Assembly: GCF_041956535.1 (NCBI RefSeq)
Contig: NW_027192195.1
Span: 1,265,809-1,318,587 of the forward strand
Direction: 5' to 3'
Length of the DNA: 52,779 nt
Origin: Calcarisporiella thermophila CBS 279.70
Taxonomy: Eukaryota; Fungi; Calcarisporiellomycota
The position numbers and the translations under genes are program-made. Position 1 is the stretch's first letter. The number at the start of each line of letters is the position of its first letter. The notes beneath the pieces are model-generated. The model had not been told where the DNA came from. It saw only the letters and a list, made by a program, of their open reading frames with translations, and did not search any database. Below are positions 24,461-39,597 of the stretch, one piece after another.

Positions 24461-26347
24461 TGGTGATTATTCTTGTCACTAGTTAGGGTTAAATATTAAA
24501 TATCATAATCACCTTGATTACTTCTTTATATCCATTAGGATATCCAGCTTGTTAATTTCTGAAACTGAATTCCAGATTGTTCTGATGTCGACGTTCCGTC
24601 CTAAACGAGTTGATCTCAACTATACTATGGGCAGGAGTGCTCGATTCTCTTGACATGAATGCCGATGTTCACGGAAATTCCTACTTTCGTGAAATAAGAG
24701 TTGCAAAGAATCTACCCATCGATATGTCATGGCGCACTTCCTGGGTATTCTATTCAGGAAAATGCAAGGATTGTGAAGTCAATGGCAAAAGCGAATAAAA
24801 CGGTGTCCAACGAATCCCCCAATCTCTCCACCCTCCTGCCACGCTTCATGCGCGCACGCTCGATGCGCACTTGGCTAGCTCTGACATTCCCCCAGCTCCA
24901 GCCACTGACCGAACCGAGATTGCTAGTGAGATCCAACGGCGCCCCCTTGTCTTTCGGTAAGAGCGAGGCAAATGCAGTTGAATCTGCGCCCGAACCAACC
25001 GACACCTCCTAGAAGCAACGAGGAAGTCAAACTGCGAGGTTGCAAGAATGATTGACGGAAGAAAATTCGCCCGTTAGAGTGACTACGGTGACGTGTGGCC
25101 TGAGCATGAATCCAGGCTAAGCTTAAGTCACGCTTATGCTTGAAAAGATTTGGGCAAACATACAGAGAGATGCAACCTTATTTCCTACTAAGGTTTTTTC
25201 GGGACTCGGGGCCCTAACAACCTCGCTAACATTTTGGGAAAAAAGATTTCCAAGATCCGAAGCTTTGCGCAATTCAGAAAGTTTGCAACCCTCGGAGCCT
25301 CCCGAAACTCAAGCTTACCGCTAGTGAGCACCCCCCTCTCCGCCAATTCAACCCCCGCCTCCCTATTTCCAAATCGCCTCATATTAACATCCCCCTTCTT
25401 GGGGGCAAATTAATTGTGGGATTTCAGACTCCGCATGAAACCTCTACTCCGCGAAATTATCCCGCCTTGCTCCATTCCGCGTTGAAATGCTTACGTTTGG
25501 TTCTTATCTGCACCGCTTGCAATGCCTCAAGCGCTTTGTGACTTAGTTCGGAGAGAATGGCGCAGAGTTGAAGATACAACACGTGGATAGAATAGTACAT
25601 CGCTTTAAGAAAATCGCAAAGGCGCTGACCCTTCTCTTATATTTCGAGGGTGCATCATTCCCAAGCGAAATGACTATGCACATTGGATCCTGGAGAGATA
25701 TGGTTCAAGTTTGTAGCAGAAAATATTAGGCGATTATTTAGTGAGACGGCTCAGTTAATATGCTTTGGGCACGGGCGAGGTGCTTTTCCAGAACGATAGG
25801 TAAATAAATCTCATCGCGCGAAGTCCAGTTACATGGCTCAAAAGCCAGTCGAACTCCCTGCTAGAATTGGTATCTCGTTCTCCTGATTTGAATCCTATTT
25901 AACTCGTGCAGAGTGAGTTGAATGCAACAGCAAACCAATATCTAGCAAGGCCGTAATCCGATCCAACCCAGACACTCTGGAGTATTTCGCAAAGAAGAAC
26001 AGGAGAAGTAGAATCATTAATGTTCGCCAAATAATAGATACTCCTCCAGAGAATGTATAATATGCTATACAGGATCGATATGTTTATGCATAATACTGAA
26101 ATATTGTTTTTATAAAGTACATGTTATTAAATTGTCGGAGCCTGAATTATCAACTGAATATAATGCATTGATCCCAAGAAAAAGGAATCTTGCGAGTTCA
26201 TGCAGGTAGTTGGACCAGACATGGATGGAGATATTTGCTGAATGTAGCGCTACTCATTGTAGATTTATTGGGAGATACAATACAAAAAAAATGAATAATA
26301 AAAAACATGGGCTCAACTACGGGAGGCACTCTACACTGCCCAATGGC

Positions 26348-27088
26348 TCATTTAGACTTTTGGTGATGCTGAGTCTTTAGGAAGAAACTCATCGCTTCAT
26401 GAAGCTTACAACAAGATTGTATGGCCAAAACAAGGGGAATAACGATCCAAAAAGAGTTAAGGAATATAAAGTAAAAATAGAAGTAATAAGGATGAGGTGT
26501 ACAGTGAGGTGATCCTTCCAAGATTGAAGTAGCGTAGTAAAGTACATCTCCGTAAATATGACATACTGAAACTACGAGTTGGACAATATGATGGTATGGA
26601 AGGTTCTTGTAAAGAGCATAGGCAGCCAGATAACACGCTGGCCCATCAAAATGCTAGTTGGAACAAATGTCTTTAATTAAGATATTAATCAGGATAAGGG
26701 TATTAAAGGACAGACTTACAGCCGTAATAAACTCCATCACTACTATAAACATGTCGCTAGATAGGTATCGTGAATCACTTTTGGCATATTCTTTCCATAA
26801 CTGTGCGATCACGAACTGGTTCCCAGCAATGTTGGAATGATTCCAGCTAAAATAGCCCTCCATTACAATATGAATGGTGCCACTGATGATAAACCATATA
26901 AAGGTGAATTTCTCCATGTGAGAGATGTTCTTCCTCGTACCGATGGCTGCATTTGCAGCAAGAGTCACAAGCGCAACCATGCCAAAGAATATTGCTAGGA
27001 TTTTTTCCAATGGCATTGTGGATGCAACATAATGAGGCAGATCAAGATCGCGAGGGTAGTAGGGATGGGAGACATTAGTTAGCGACAT
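26348..27088 (-). CDS. EBP: EBP-family sterol delta8-delta7 isomerase, 224 aa, 2 exons: 27088-26720, 26653-26348
   Basis: HPYYP, WFIISGTIHIVMEG, QLWKEYAKSDSRY, MEFITA|HFDGP, IYGDVLYY, YFYFYFIFLNSFWIVIP; phase-0 GTAAGT...TAG intron. Confidence 0.93.
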
Positions 27089-27397
27089 ATTATTTGAGGT
27101 AGTTTTAAACTATTTATGGAAAAAGAGAAAATACAAGTAGGGGTTGCTTTCTCTCTACTTGAGTATTATATACAACTGGAGAAGGCTTTGGAAGTAGTCA
27201 TAAAGAGTGCAAATTTCTCATACGATCATAAATCCTTCCAATTAGCTTTGAGTGGTATTTAAAGTTTTCAAATCAATTCATCAAAAACTTTAAAGTACTA
27301 CTCCATATATTTTTTGAAAAACTATATAAGCTTCTCGAGATGTTCAGATGCAAAATTCTTCCAATGTCTAATTACCAACCATTGAATATTATTATAA
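27089..27397. promoter_or_regulatory. Bidirectional promoter shared by EBP and ERG24
   Basis: 309-bp gap between divergent ATGs. TATA-like boxes near both ends (about 27165 minus, about 27323 plus), an SRE-like CTCATACGAT at 27217-27226 and an inverted repeat at 27250-27303. Confidence 0.55.
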
Positions 27398-28931
27398 ATG
27401 TCCTCTCGTGATCTGAATCCCAAAACACAGCATTACGAATTTGGTGGTCCTCTCGGGACCATTCTTGTAATGCTGAGTAGCTCTTCAATCGTCTATTTTC
27501 TGTTCTTGACATGCAACGAAAAACAAGGTTGCTCCATTGATCCTTCCTCATTGCGTCAAGCCTGGCATAATTTTCAATGGCGAAATATTTTCGATTGGAA
27601 TGTGACAATCTTGTATCTGCTATGGGTCTCCTTTCAGGCTATTCTCTATTATATTGCTCCTGGGAAGACTGGTCATGGACCATTATTACGCGATGGGTCC
27701 AAATTGATTTATCCTATTAACGGTGCGTCCACTTTGTTAATGATATTTAAGCTCTAACTTCAATGTATGCTATTTAAATAGGGCTTAGCGCGTTTATTAT
27801 CACTATGATGACGGCAGCTGCGACTTATTTTATTTGGGGCATCTATCCCTTTATATATGTATACGATCATTTTATTCAGTTTGCTACCGCTGCGTACCTT
27901 CTTTCAAATGTGCAAGCAGTATTCCTCTATTTATATTCATTCCGCCCGGGAACATTATTTAATTTAATCGGAAATACAGGATCCCCTCTCTATGACGTAT
28001 GTATTTAATAATCAATATTTTGGCATAAGCAACCATTAACTTATATCGTTAAATAAGTTTTTTATCGGACGTCCACTCAACCCTCGCATTGGATCTTTCG
28101 ACCTCAAGTTTTTCTGTGAGCTTCGCCCTGGTATGATTGGTTGGGTGGTGTTGAATTTATGCACGGCGGCCAAGCAGTTTCAGCTACAAGGCCAAATTAC
28201 ACACTCGATGTTAGCTGTAGTTCTTTTCGAAGCAATATACGTGGTTGACGTTCTCGTTAATGAGGTCAGTGAGGCATCTAATGTGATTTGGGATTTGACC
28301 TCTGGCTTAAATATCATCCAATATTTCAGGAAGCACTATTAATGTCCAATGACATTACATCCGAAGGCTTTGGATGGATGCTGTCATTTGGAGATTTGTG
28401 TTGGGTCCCCTTCACGTATTCTCTTCAGGCACGATACCTTGCTTTCCACCCAATTCAACTCAGTCCATTGGCATTGTCTCTCATTTCAATCTTGTTTTTC
28501 GCTTCATATGCCGTGTTCCGCCTATCTAACACGGAAAAAAACGCCTTCCGTGCTAACCCTGATAACCCTGCTTTAAAGCGTAAATCTCTAGAGCAGACTA
28601 TTCATAACTATATTGGATGATGACTGATAGCTTACTTCTATTAACAGATTTAAAATTTATTGAAACCGAAGCCGGAAGCAAATTACTAATAAGTGGGTGG
28701 TGGGGCGTGGCTCGACATATTAACTATACCACCGATTGGCTGGTTGGTCTGGCATGGTGCCTATGCACTGGTTTTGATGCAACGATCCCCTACTTCTATG
28801 CGATCTATTTTGGTCTGCTACTTCTCTACCGGAACGAGAGGGACGAACATAAATGCCAACTAAAATATAAGAAAGATTGGGACCGTTATCGTAAATTAGT
28901 GCCATACAAGTTAATACCTGGCATTTACTAA
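27398..28931 (+). CDS. ERG24: Sterol C14-reductase (ERG24/LBR family), divergent paralogue, 426 aa, 5 exons: 27398-27722, 27782-27996, 28058-28264, 28330-28579, 28648-28931
   Basis: LNPKTQHYEFGGPLG, GNTGSPLYD|FFIGRPLNPRIGSFDLKFFCELRPGMIGW, GFGWMLSFGDLCWVPFTYSLQARYL, LLISGWWGVARHINY, KYKKDWDRY...VPYKLIPGIY. All introns are GT-AG and in phase (1281 nt spliced). Confidence 0.93.
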
Positions 28932-30112
28932 AATGATATAAATTGTATTAAAATATAAAATATAATTTTGAAGATTAAATCATTTACTCTATACTCTGCA
29001 AAAAGCTCTCATTGGTAAAAATGGCAGTATGCGCTTTAGAGATTTTTCGAAAATAAAAAAAAAATTTTTAAGTTAAGCCCAAAACTGATATATAGTACAT
29101 GAACTCTGGCCAGATTGCCCAAAATCTACCAAAGATCGATACGTCAAAAATGCAAATTCGGCCGTAACTTAAAGCACCCAATAATGAGTAAAAATAGTAA
29201 GTCTCAAATGTGTAGTTAAATAGAACCAATTTAAACACATAAATATATAATCCACCGGATCTAAGTTGAATCCCATAAAATATAGAGCTAAATGATCATG
29301 AAAGATTTCTAGACTTAAATTATATACTGTATATACTACTTTCTAGTCCACCCTGTCGAGAGAAATGTATAAAAATTAGCATTAACCGCCGCATAAATTT
29401 CTCCTTTTTATACCACTCCCCACACTTATCCACTGCTTCTACGCCAAAAAAACGCTTCGAGCTACGCTTTTCGAAACCCCTCAGACCATATGTAAATTAT
29501 CCTTGTACCAATCCTCCTCCTGGTACACTGATACCAACATGAGATCTTCCTGATATTTATGATGGAAATAAAATTACACCGGCCAAAGATCTAGTGGGTA
29601 AAGATGTTTAGATTTGATCATCCAAAACAGCTATTCATATCGAATGATTGAATGATTGAACAAGATGGAGAGTCTAGTATTCATAAGACATACTCGCCTC
29701 CTCTTCAGCATAGCAATTTTTTTCTTAGTGGATTATAGCTAATAAAAACCATAGAGCAATCTTCAAGTGTAAAGTGTTACAGTATATACATACAAAAGAG
29801 CGAGTATAACTAAAGGATTCAAATATGCAAATCAGCACATGATAACCATGGGTATCTTTGTGAAGATTATCTTTTATTATTCAGCAATGCTGTAGATCGT
29901 CAGATCATTTTCTTTGATTTTTAAATTCCATTTTTTGTATTTGGTTCATTACCAAACTGCTAAGTTTATTAAACCTACCAAAAAGAAATGCTACATAGAG
30001 GTATAACTTAGACTCAGAAATTTTTATTGTTATCCAAGAGTCCTTGAAATTTTTCACAAATGGATGTATTGATTCACTTGTTATAAAAAATCGCAAATAA
30101 AATATTATTAGC

Positions 30113-31568
30113 TCAGTTAATTGAGCTATTAGCCATGACTTTAAGGCATTCCTCAATTGTGGCGATAGCGCTATCAGCTTGCTCTTTCGTTAGAATTAGT
30201 GGTGGCAGGATAGTGATTGTATTAGCAGCTCCAGGGATAACAAGCAAAAATCTCTGAAGAGCTAATTGAAGAAAGGCTTCCGAAGTGGAAAAAGATTGAT
30301 TGGGTTGGTCACAAAACTGTATGGCGATCATCATGCCTCGGCCACGTACTTCTTCAACTAAAGTGCCATAAAAAGGTTTGCACACATCCTGCAAGCTCAT
30401 CAAAAGATGATTTCCCACATCTTGAACTTTCTGGAGAAAATTATGCTCACTGAGTCGGTTGAACACATAGTGTCCTACACGACATGACAGGGGATTGCCG
30501 CCGAAAGTTGAACCGTGATCGCCTAGTACAAGATTTTATATTTAATAAAAATACAATATTTATGCCAATTTTTAATTCAATACCCATAGACACAATCTTA
30601 GCAACACGTTCGGATAGAATCACTGCACCAATGGGCAAACCATTGCCTAGAGCCTTTGCAACAGTAATAATATCCGGTGCACAATCAGCACCGTAATGCA
30701 TATGAGCCCATAATTTTCCACTCCTACCAAGACCGCACTGGAAAGGCAGATATTGAATATTAGAACAAATCTTGGGAAATTGAAAACTATTTAAATTTAC
30801 CTGGACTTCATCATATATAAGGATTGCATTTACTTCATCGCATCGCTTTCTAAGTGCCTTCAGAAATTCATATGTCGCAATATGTATACCACCACCACCT
30901 TGAATAGGCTCTACTATTACAGCACAGGTATTCTCATCGATAGTTTCAACAGCTTTTTCTACGTTATTGAATTGTAATTGTACACTGCCTGAGAGCATAG
31001 GGCGGAATGGATCACGTAACATCCGTATTTCGAGTGCACTCATCGACAATGCCCCCATCGTACTTCCATGGTAACCATCTTGAAATGACACCACTTTGTA
31101 TTTATTCTCTGCTCTAGAAGGATCTGAGGAATTGGTTATGTGCTTGGCAAATTTACGCGCCATTTTCAGGGCAGCTTCATTAGCTTCAGATCCAGAGTTT
31201 ACGAATATAACCTTACTAGGCCTGCGTAAATCGTCCTTAATAGCGGTAGAGGTTTCAGTAATGTGTTGATTGGTAGCTGAAATAAGCGATTTAGCGAGTC
31301 GTCCCGCCCACTCATTAATGTAGAAAGTTGAAGTGTGTATTAATTTACCCGCTTGGTCAGAGATAATTTGCGAGATCTCTTTGTCTGCATGACCTAGAGC
31401 ATTTACCGCAATTCCTGACATAAAATCCAGGTATTTATTGTTTTCGGCATCATAAACGTAGCAACCTCTCCCGTGAGTGAGAACAATGGGTATGGGTGGG
31501 AAAATCGGTGCTATATATTCTTGTTGAAGTTCAAAGACTTCAAGCGGATTCACAGTTGCATTATCCAT
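30113..31568 (-). CDS. Class-III PLP aminotransferase, ARG8/acetylornithine aminotransferase-like divergent paralogue, 443 aa, 3 exons: 31568-30801, 30737-30584, 30522-30113
   Basis: YLDFMSGIAVNALGH, NSGSEANEAALK, IYDEVQ|CGLGRSG, PDIITVAKALGNGLPIGA (PLP Lys), HGSTFGGNP and EVRGRGMM; 1332 nt spliced in frame. Confidence 0.92.
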
Positions 31569-32773
31569 CTTTGTATATCTAGGGAAAATGAAGATATTAG
31601 CAAAAAAAAATTAAACCAGTTTATGATATAAATATTGCCAATCTTTGACTTGCTCTTAACGTTTCTTCTAATCAATGGATAGGGGTTTAAATAAAAATGG
31701 AAACTACGGGAAAATATTACTAACCAGTCCTAATAAGCCATCTCAATAGTTTTGTGGAACAACCAAAATCTCACTCAACAGAAGCTTAATATTCGCAATA
31801 CAGACTCTGATTGTCGGTTAATTGATCCAATGAAAACCCTATTTGGTTTTGTCAAAATTTTTGGCATCCCTAAGTCGAAATAAAGACAATATAGTGAGAA
31901 AACCTTTAAAATAATCAAAAATTTGCTAAGTAAAGGTTAAATCATATTCCTTCGACTTTAGCGTGAGTTAGAAGTAAATATTAAAATCGTGCTATGTTTA
32001 AAATAGTTTTAGTGCAATTACAGTAGGTACTTGCTTTGCTCGGATTGTTTCTCCGAATCGCTTTATCCATTTCGTACTCAAAAGGCATAATGCAGAACGA
32101 GAGAAATGGGTGCATGATTTGTTACTAATATGATCGGATATTTTATCTACTATGTTAACCAGCTTTCTACAGTATATCAATTGATTAATAATATAGGGAA
32201 GGTTTGATTAAAATTACATGAGATTCGGAAATTCCCGATATGTGACAGTAGCGATTGTTGGAGGCTTTATCAATGCAGTGTAGAGGTGAGGAATCGAATA
32301 AATAAAAAAGGAAAATCTAAAAAAAGAAAAATCGTAGTACGACTAAAGTATTGGCAGAGGGAGTGGCAATATAATAGAGTTATAGTTAAGTCAAGGTTAA
32401 AATATGTATTGTTACACATGCTCTTGACTAAAACCATTAGCCTGGTCCTATTTTTCTATGTAAGGCAAATCAATGTATACCTTATAAAAACGTGTGCTGG
32501 CTAACATGATATCATCCTTTTGCTTATACGGCAAACTCCATAGTAGTTGAATTCACTAAGCCCTCTTGGCTGAAAGTTACTTGAAACTCAATCAGAGCAC
32601 TGATCCTCATTCAGTTTATTTTTTTGAAGGCATACTTTGTATATCTATTTCTTTTTACAAAATATTTTCCCGCTTCAACCATTTCTTTATAAATATCTGC
32701 TCAATTTCTCTTGTTGCTCACCTTTTCCTTTAAGCTGCTATATTGCATTATTACCGGTTAAATTTTAAGAAAC

Positions 32774-34830
<2,057 letters not shown>

Positions 34831-36749
34831 AATATGATAAATAGATGGAAATTCGTTTAAATTTCACATCAAAATTTTAGATAGTCATTCCTCTGCACCG
34901 GTATATTTCAAATATATTATTTATTTATTATAACTTTTCATACCATATTTCATGCTTGCAAGTACATGAGTAGGATTTGTCTATAATCCGTGCTTGGCGA
35001 TTATGAACCAATACGTTGAATAAACTAAGCCTAGCTTTGCGGTTTCGGCAAATTTCTATTAGTATTATAACAAGTTGAAAAATGTATGCTATTATCAAAG
35101 GCACAGTAAGGAGGAAAGGGGGAAAAAGGATGAAATTTCGGGCATTAATGGATTTTAGGAAGAGTTCGATTTCATGAAACTAACCTTGTCTACGAGTTAA
35201 GGACTCTTAATATGGGCGGATTGGGAAATTGAGGGGGCGTGGATCGAAATTGGCAGTGAAGGGATGTATTCTATTGGGATTATAGGAGAATTGAGAGTTG
35301 TCGATGGAGTTTAGGGTGTTAATGTCGTTGAAGGAGTAAAATTTTGATTATGCTGAGGGAGAGAGCAAGTGGTTGCTATCGAATGAGAGGTGAAGGCGAG
35401 TAATATTAGAGGTGGAGCAAGCGAATTAGGCTTGTTTTGAGGTGATGAAAGAGTAACTGATTAAATTTGCTCAGCCACATTACAGGTTTTCTTGGATGGA
35501 TCCAGCATTCTTGTTTATGGTCACTTAGAAGTTTGGAAAATTTTTCGAACAATTTCTTCTGTTAATCTTCGAGTTGCAGGATAAGTGAGTATATGCAACT
35601 GGCAAATCTTTCGTATTGACCACGGTTCAGAAGTGAATCCAGGACGGTATAGTGGCCATTATTCGGTTGGCTCGGGCCTATTCAGCGTTGGCTTCAATCC
35701 ACCTCGCTCACGTTGATGTTGATGAACAGGGAACTCATGAGCCCTATTGAAGGGCCGCTTGCATTCATCGCAGCTTTTCCCAAGGTCGAAGATATTGAAA
35801 TGCCATCTTACTGCCTATAACACCACATTGGGGTCTCGAAAGATGATGAGATTGTCGGCTCTGAGTGTTTCGACTGCGCGGCAGAAGTTTCTTGTGCATA
35901 ATGCTTTTCTAGTCGAGCGGTTCGTTAAGAGAGTTTGAAAACTATTATAACGCTAAAAGCGAAAAAAGACGGTGGATAATTTGGAGGGTAGAAGGGTCTC
36001 TCTGCAGCCTTGCTACGATCAGCATTTAGGACTCATGTTTTTCCTCGGTCACGTACAGGACAGTTGCTAGTAGAATATCATATAATAAATCAGTCAACCA
36101 TCAACTGCAGCTCTTCGGTGGAATATATCTCAAGACTCTGCCGTAGCAGGGTATAGTGTTGCATCACAACCGAGTAGGTAGGGTCAAGGAGTTCCACGTA
36201 TGGGAATTAATGAGAATGTACAGGTGGCAAATTGGGACACTTACCTTGCCTTGGTCGTTCGAGAGAATGTTATACTATAGAACAAGTATTCTAGATCTAG
36301 TTCTAAGTAGAGGAAACTAATGCAATTTATGGTTGCTATAGAAGGAAGGTCCGTACCTCTTTATTTTCTTACCCGACCAGGCGAAGCGAAAATATAGCCC
36401 CCTCTGGTCAAGCAATATTATGAACATTGTAACACAAACAAGCCTTGATCCCTCTTCACATAGCATTCATTTATCTTATATACAATGCTGATTTCTCCAA
36501 TGTTCACGGTCAGGGGATAAAATTTTTAAGGTTAGGCACACATTTCGTATGGATCAAGCAAATCTTTCATAATAGATATAATCAGTTATATGCCCAATTA
36601 ATGGATACAAATTTTTCAATACAATATTTTTTTTTAAAACGGGCGTTGTTTGTACAATATTTAGATAAAAATAATAATAACAATTTTTCGCAAAATTTTC
36701 TGGAAATTTAATTTATTTAGCCGATTCAATAACTGTTGTAATTGTTAAT

Positions 36750-38564
36750 TCAGTAAATGTACTGTTTGGTTTATAGTAATTGTGTTAGATAAAAAATTTT
36801 TTAATTCTGGAAAAGTGTATCGCTTACCGGTATAAGTTTATATGGAACTAACTTACAGTATTCTTCCCAAAATTTTCCGTATTTGCCACGACATCGCGTA
36901 TCGTCCCGTTTCGTGCGATGCAAAAGCAGAACTGTCATGTATATAATATAAAAGTATGCTAGAATATTGTCAAACCCGCAGGCGAGACACATTGCTAACG
37001 AAAGGAGAAGATCGCCGAAATAGTTGAAATGGCGAGCAACTCCTAGAATTACAAAGGCAAAATTAAAGATATTTTCCAACAAATTTCTCACATTTCAAAA
37101 ATCTCAATACCCCAATACCCAGAAGCTAACAGAATACTCTTGTGCTTTTTTCCGTCGCTGGTTACATATTCAGGTCTAATTATCTTTGGTTTGCGACCCC
37201 AAACGAGGCATGTTCCATCACTGCGCCTCACGATGTCTTTTTGATTATTCGCACCACGAAAAATGAGATATCCAATTACACCCAGAATAATTACAGTCCA
37301 AAAGTATAGGGGTGAGAGTTGAATCGGGTTACGAGAGAGATAATGCGACTGAAGTGGATACATGAATGGGAACCAGACCGATGTACCCCATGCCAAATAG
37401 AAGCCAAAGTGATCATGAGCAATATCTGAAAAATAAATAAGGGCAGTTAATGGTTGAATATTGAAATCAGAAGACACATATGTCGATATACCGATAGTTC
37501 GAAGGTACCAGTCCTCAAAGTAAAAAAAATCAAACGTGTATAGGGCATGCAAAAATATAACCGCAACCATTGAGTTGGAAACATAACCAAATTTTTTATA
37601 TTGTGCGGCAGCAAAACTCATATTGATAAGTGACCATGCAACAAACCCTGGGCGCCCATTATGAAACAATTTGAAATCCCATAGTTTGCCGAAGCGTGGA
37701 TTGAACTCAATTCCCATCATGAAATCATATATCACAGAGCCGGAGAATTTCCCTATAAAAATGAAGACTTTAAAAAAAGGAAAATATTTTTAAAATATCA
37801 AATAATTACGATCTTCGGGATGAGAAGGGAACAAGTGGGCCTTCACATAGGCAAAGGCACTAAGGAAATACCCGTACATAATGGTAGATAAAAGTATACC
37901 GCCCCAATAGTCATGTATTATGGAAGCTGGAAACCATCCAAGCATCATAGAACCAACAATGAAAAGTATATTGCAGAAAACCCAGATTCGGAAACCATTA
38001 AGCTACGATATATATAAGCCAAATTTATGAAATATAAATTATGCAAGAAATTTGAAGAATATATAAAAATACCTTATATGATAAAAGATATCCGGCAGGA
38101 GTTCTCTGTCCGTATCCAATATTGGCCGGCACAAAAGCGTACAAAATCCCTTGGAAAATTATCCATGATATATGGATCAGTGTTGCAGTCCAATTGAATT
38201 GAGGTAAACGGGAAGTGAAAAATTGCCTCAACGCCATTTTTGTCCAAGGTAGACTAACCAATTCAAATATAGGACCTACTAGACTGCAATGATAGTAGGT
38301 GCAAGAGGACCAGACATAGACGACCAACATTGGGCAAAAAATCAAAAGAAATAAGCAAGCGATAATAGTAAGTATTGTGACATCTAAGTCGAAATAGAAA
38401 AATAAAATCATATTGAAAAAAAATTGCAATCAATCAAAGTGGTCAACCTGAAAAAATTAAGTTGATAAGTTACCTCGGTCTCGACCCCATGTTTGACCAG
38501 TTTGGGCCTTTAGGCCTTGGTAATTATAACTAGACCTTGGTTTCTGTTGCTCCGATCTATACAT
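36750..38564 (-). CDS. DHCR7: 7-dehydrocholesterol reductase (sterol delta7-reductase) family, 465 aa, 7 exons: 38564-38474, 38383-38073, 38002-37810, 37752-37492, 37425-37111, 37042-36828, 36761-36750
   Basis: [12 protein letters not shown]|[35 protein letters not shown]|[21 protein letters not shown]|[31 protein letters not shown]|YIY*; 1398 nt spliced in frame. Confidence 0.93.
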
Positions 38565-39597
38565 AGTAAGAAAAAAATATATCAATGGACGCAAATATAT
38601 ATTGTTAATAAATACGTTGTTTAAATACAAAAAAAAAAGTTAAAACTTGGCTTAAAGTTTTAGCACTTGCGTAACCGAAAAATCTAAATAAACAATCAAG
38701 CTTTAGACTAAATTATCTATTGGATGATTTTTTATCGTGCCATTACTTGGAAGCCGCTCATTTTAAATTGTCATATATTTTATATTATCAAAGTTGCGTT
38801 CTTTATAACAGTGTTTCTCAAGCCCCAAAAGTTATGTTGGCTTTTAGATTATTTTATAAGTTAGATTCACCTACAAGTCCAATATGAAACTGGGGTAAAA
38901 TAAATACTCAGAAACGCTTGCTGAAAAATAGGATAAAAGTATCATAAGAAAAGTAATTCATTAACTGTGTTGATTATCACAAATTTGGAAAGTATTGTTC
39001 AATTGCCTCAGATTTATAAGTCATGACAATACATGCTATAAAAGCACACTTGCACCGTTTCTATTTCATACAAAATATAATTTTATACAGACATCCTTCC
39101 GTAAAATATTAAATCTATGCTAGATTTTTGGTAAATTATGAAATGAGAAAATCTATATGCCACGCCAAAATGTTCTACATCTCAGCAGAGATATTTTAGT
39201 AGACAAGTGATCCAACTTTGATTTATTGTAAATGATAAAACATCCCACAGATAAACAATAACAGTGATGAAATCAAGAGCCAGTGGAATTGAGAAAAACT
39301 TCTTTATTATGCTCTTCAACTTTTTCATAATTTGTTTGCAAATGTTATTCCGTTAGAGAGCACAAGGGAAATAGTGTCGAATTATTGCTTAAGAATAAAA
39401 TTTCATTATGGAGGTTAGCATTTTATACAAAATTGAGCTTCCATTTATATACTTATTGAATACGAACCTATTTATAAGGATATTAATGATCCAGTCCGAT
39501 ATTTTCGAGATCTTATTTAAATTCAAACTGACTTGTTTATTGCTCCTCACCTCTTTCTTGAATTCTACAAGAATTCGTGTCTCTATCAGTCCCAAAA

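Noticed and set aside
24600-26000. GC-rich ORFs (62-103 aa) upstream of EBP
   Set aside because: Fragmented by stops with no convincing motif; possibly non-LTR ORF1 debris, but not supportable.
30447-31568. ORF-track 373-aa protein as the real product
   Set aside because: It reads through a 63-nt in-frame intron (30738-30800) and into intron 2. The spliced model restores DEVQCG and HGSTFGGNP.
35000-36435. Additional cluster gene between CYP51 and DHCR7
   Set aside because: No coherent ORF or exon chain. It looks like TE-derived sequence, but I could not assign a family or paired termini.
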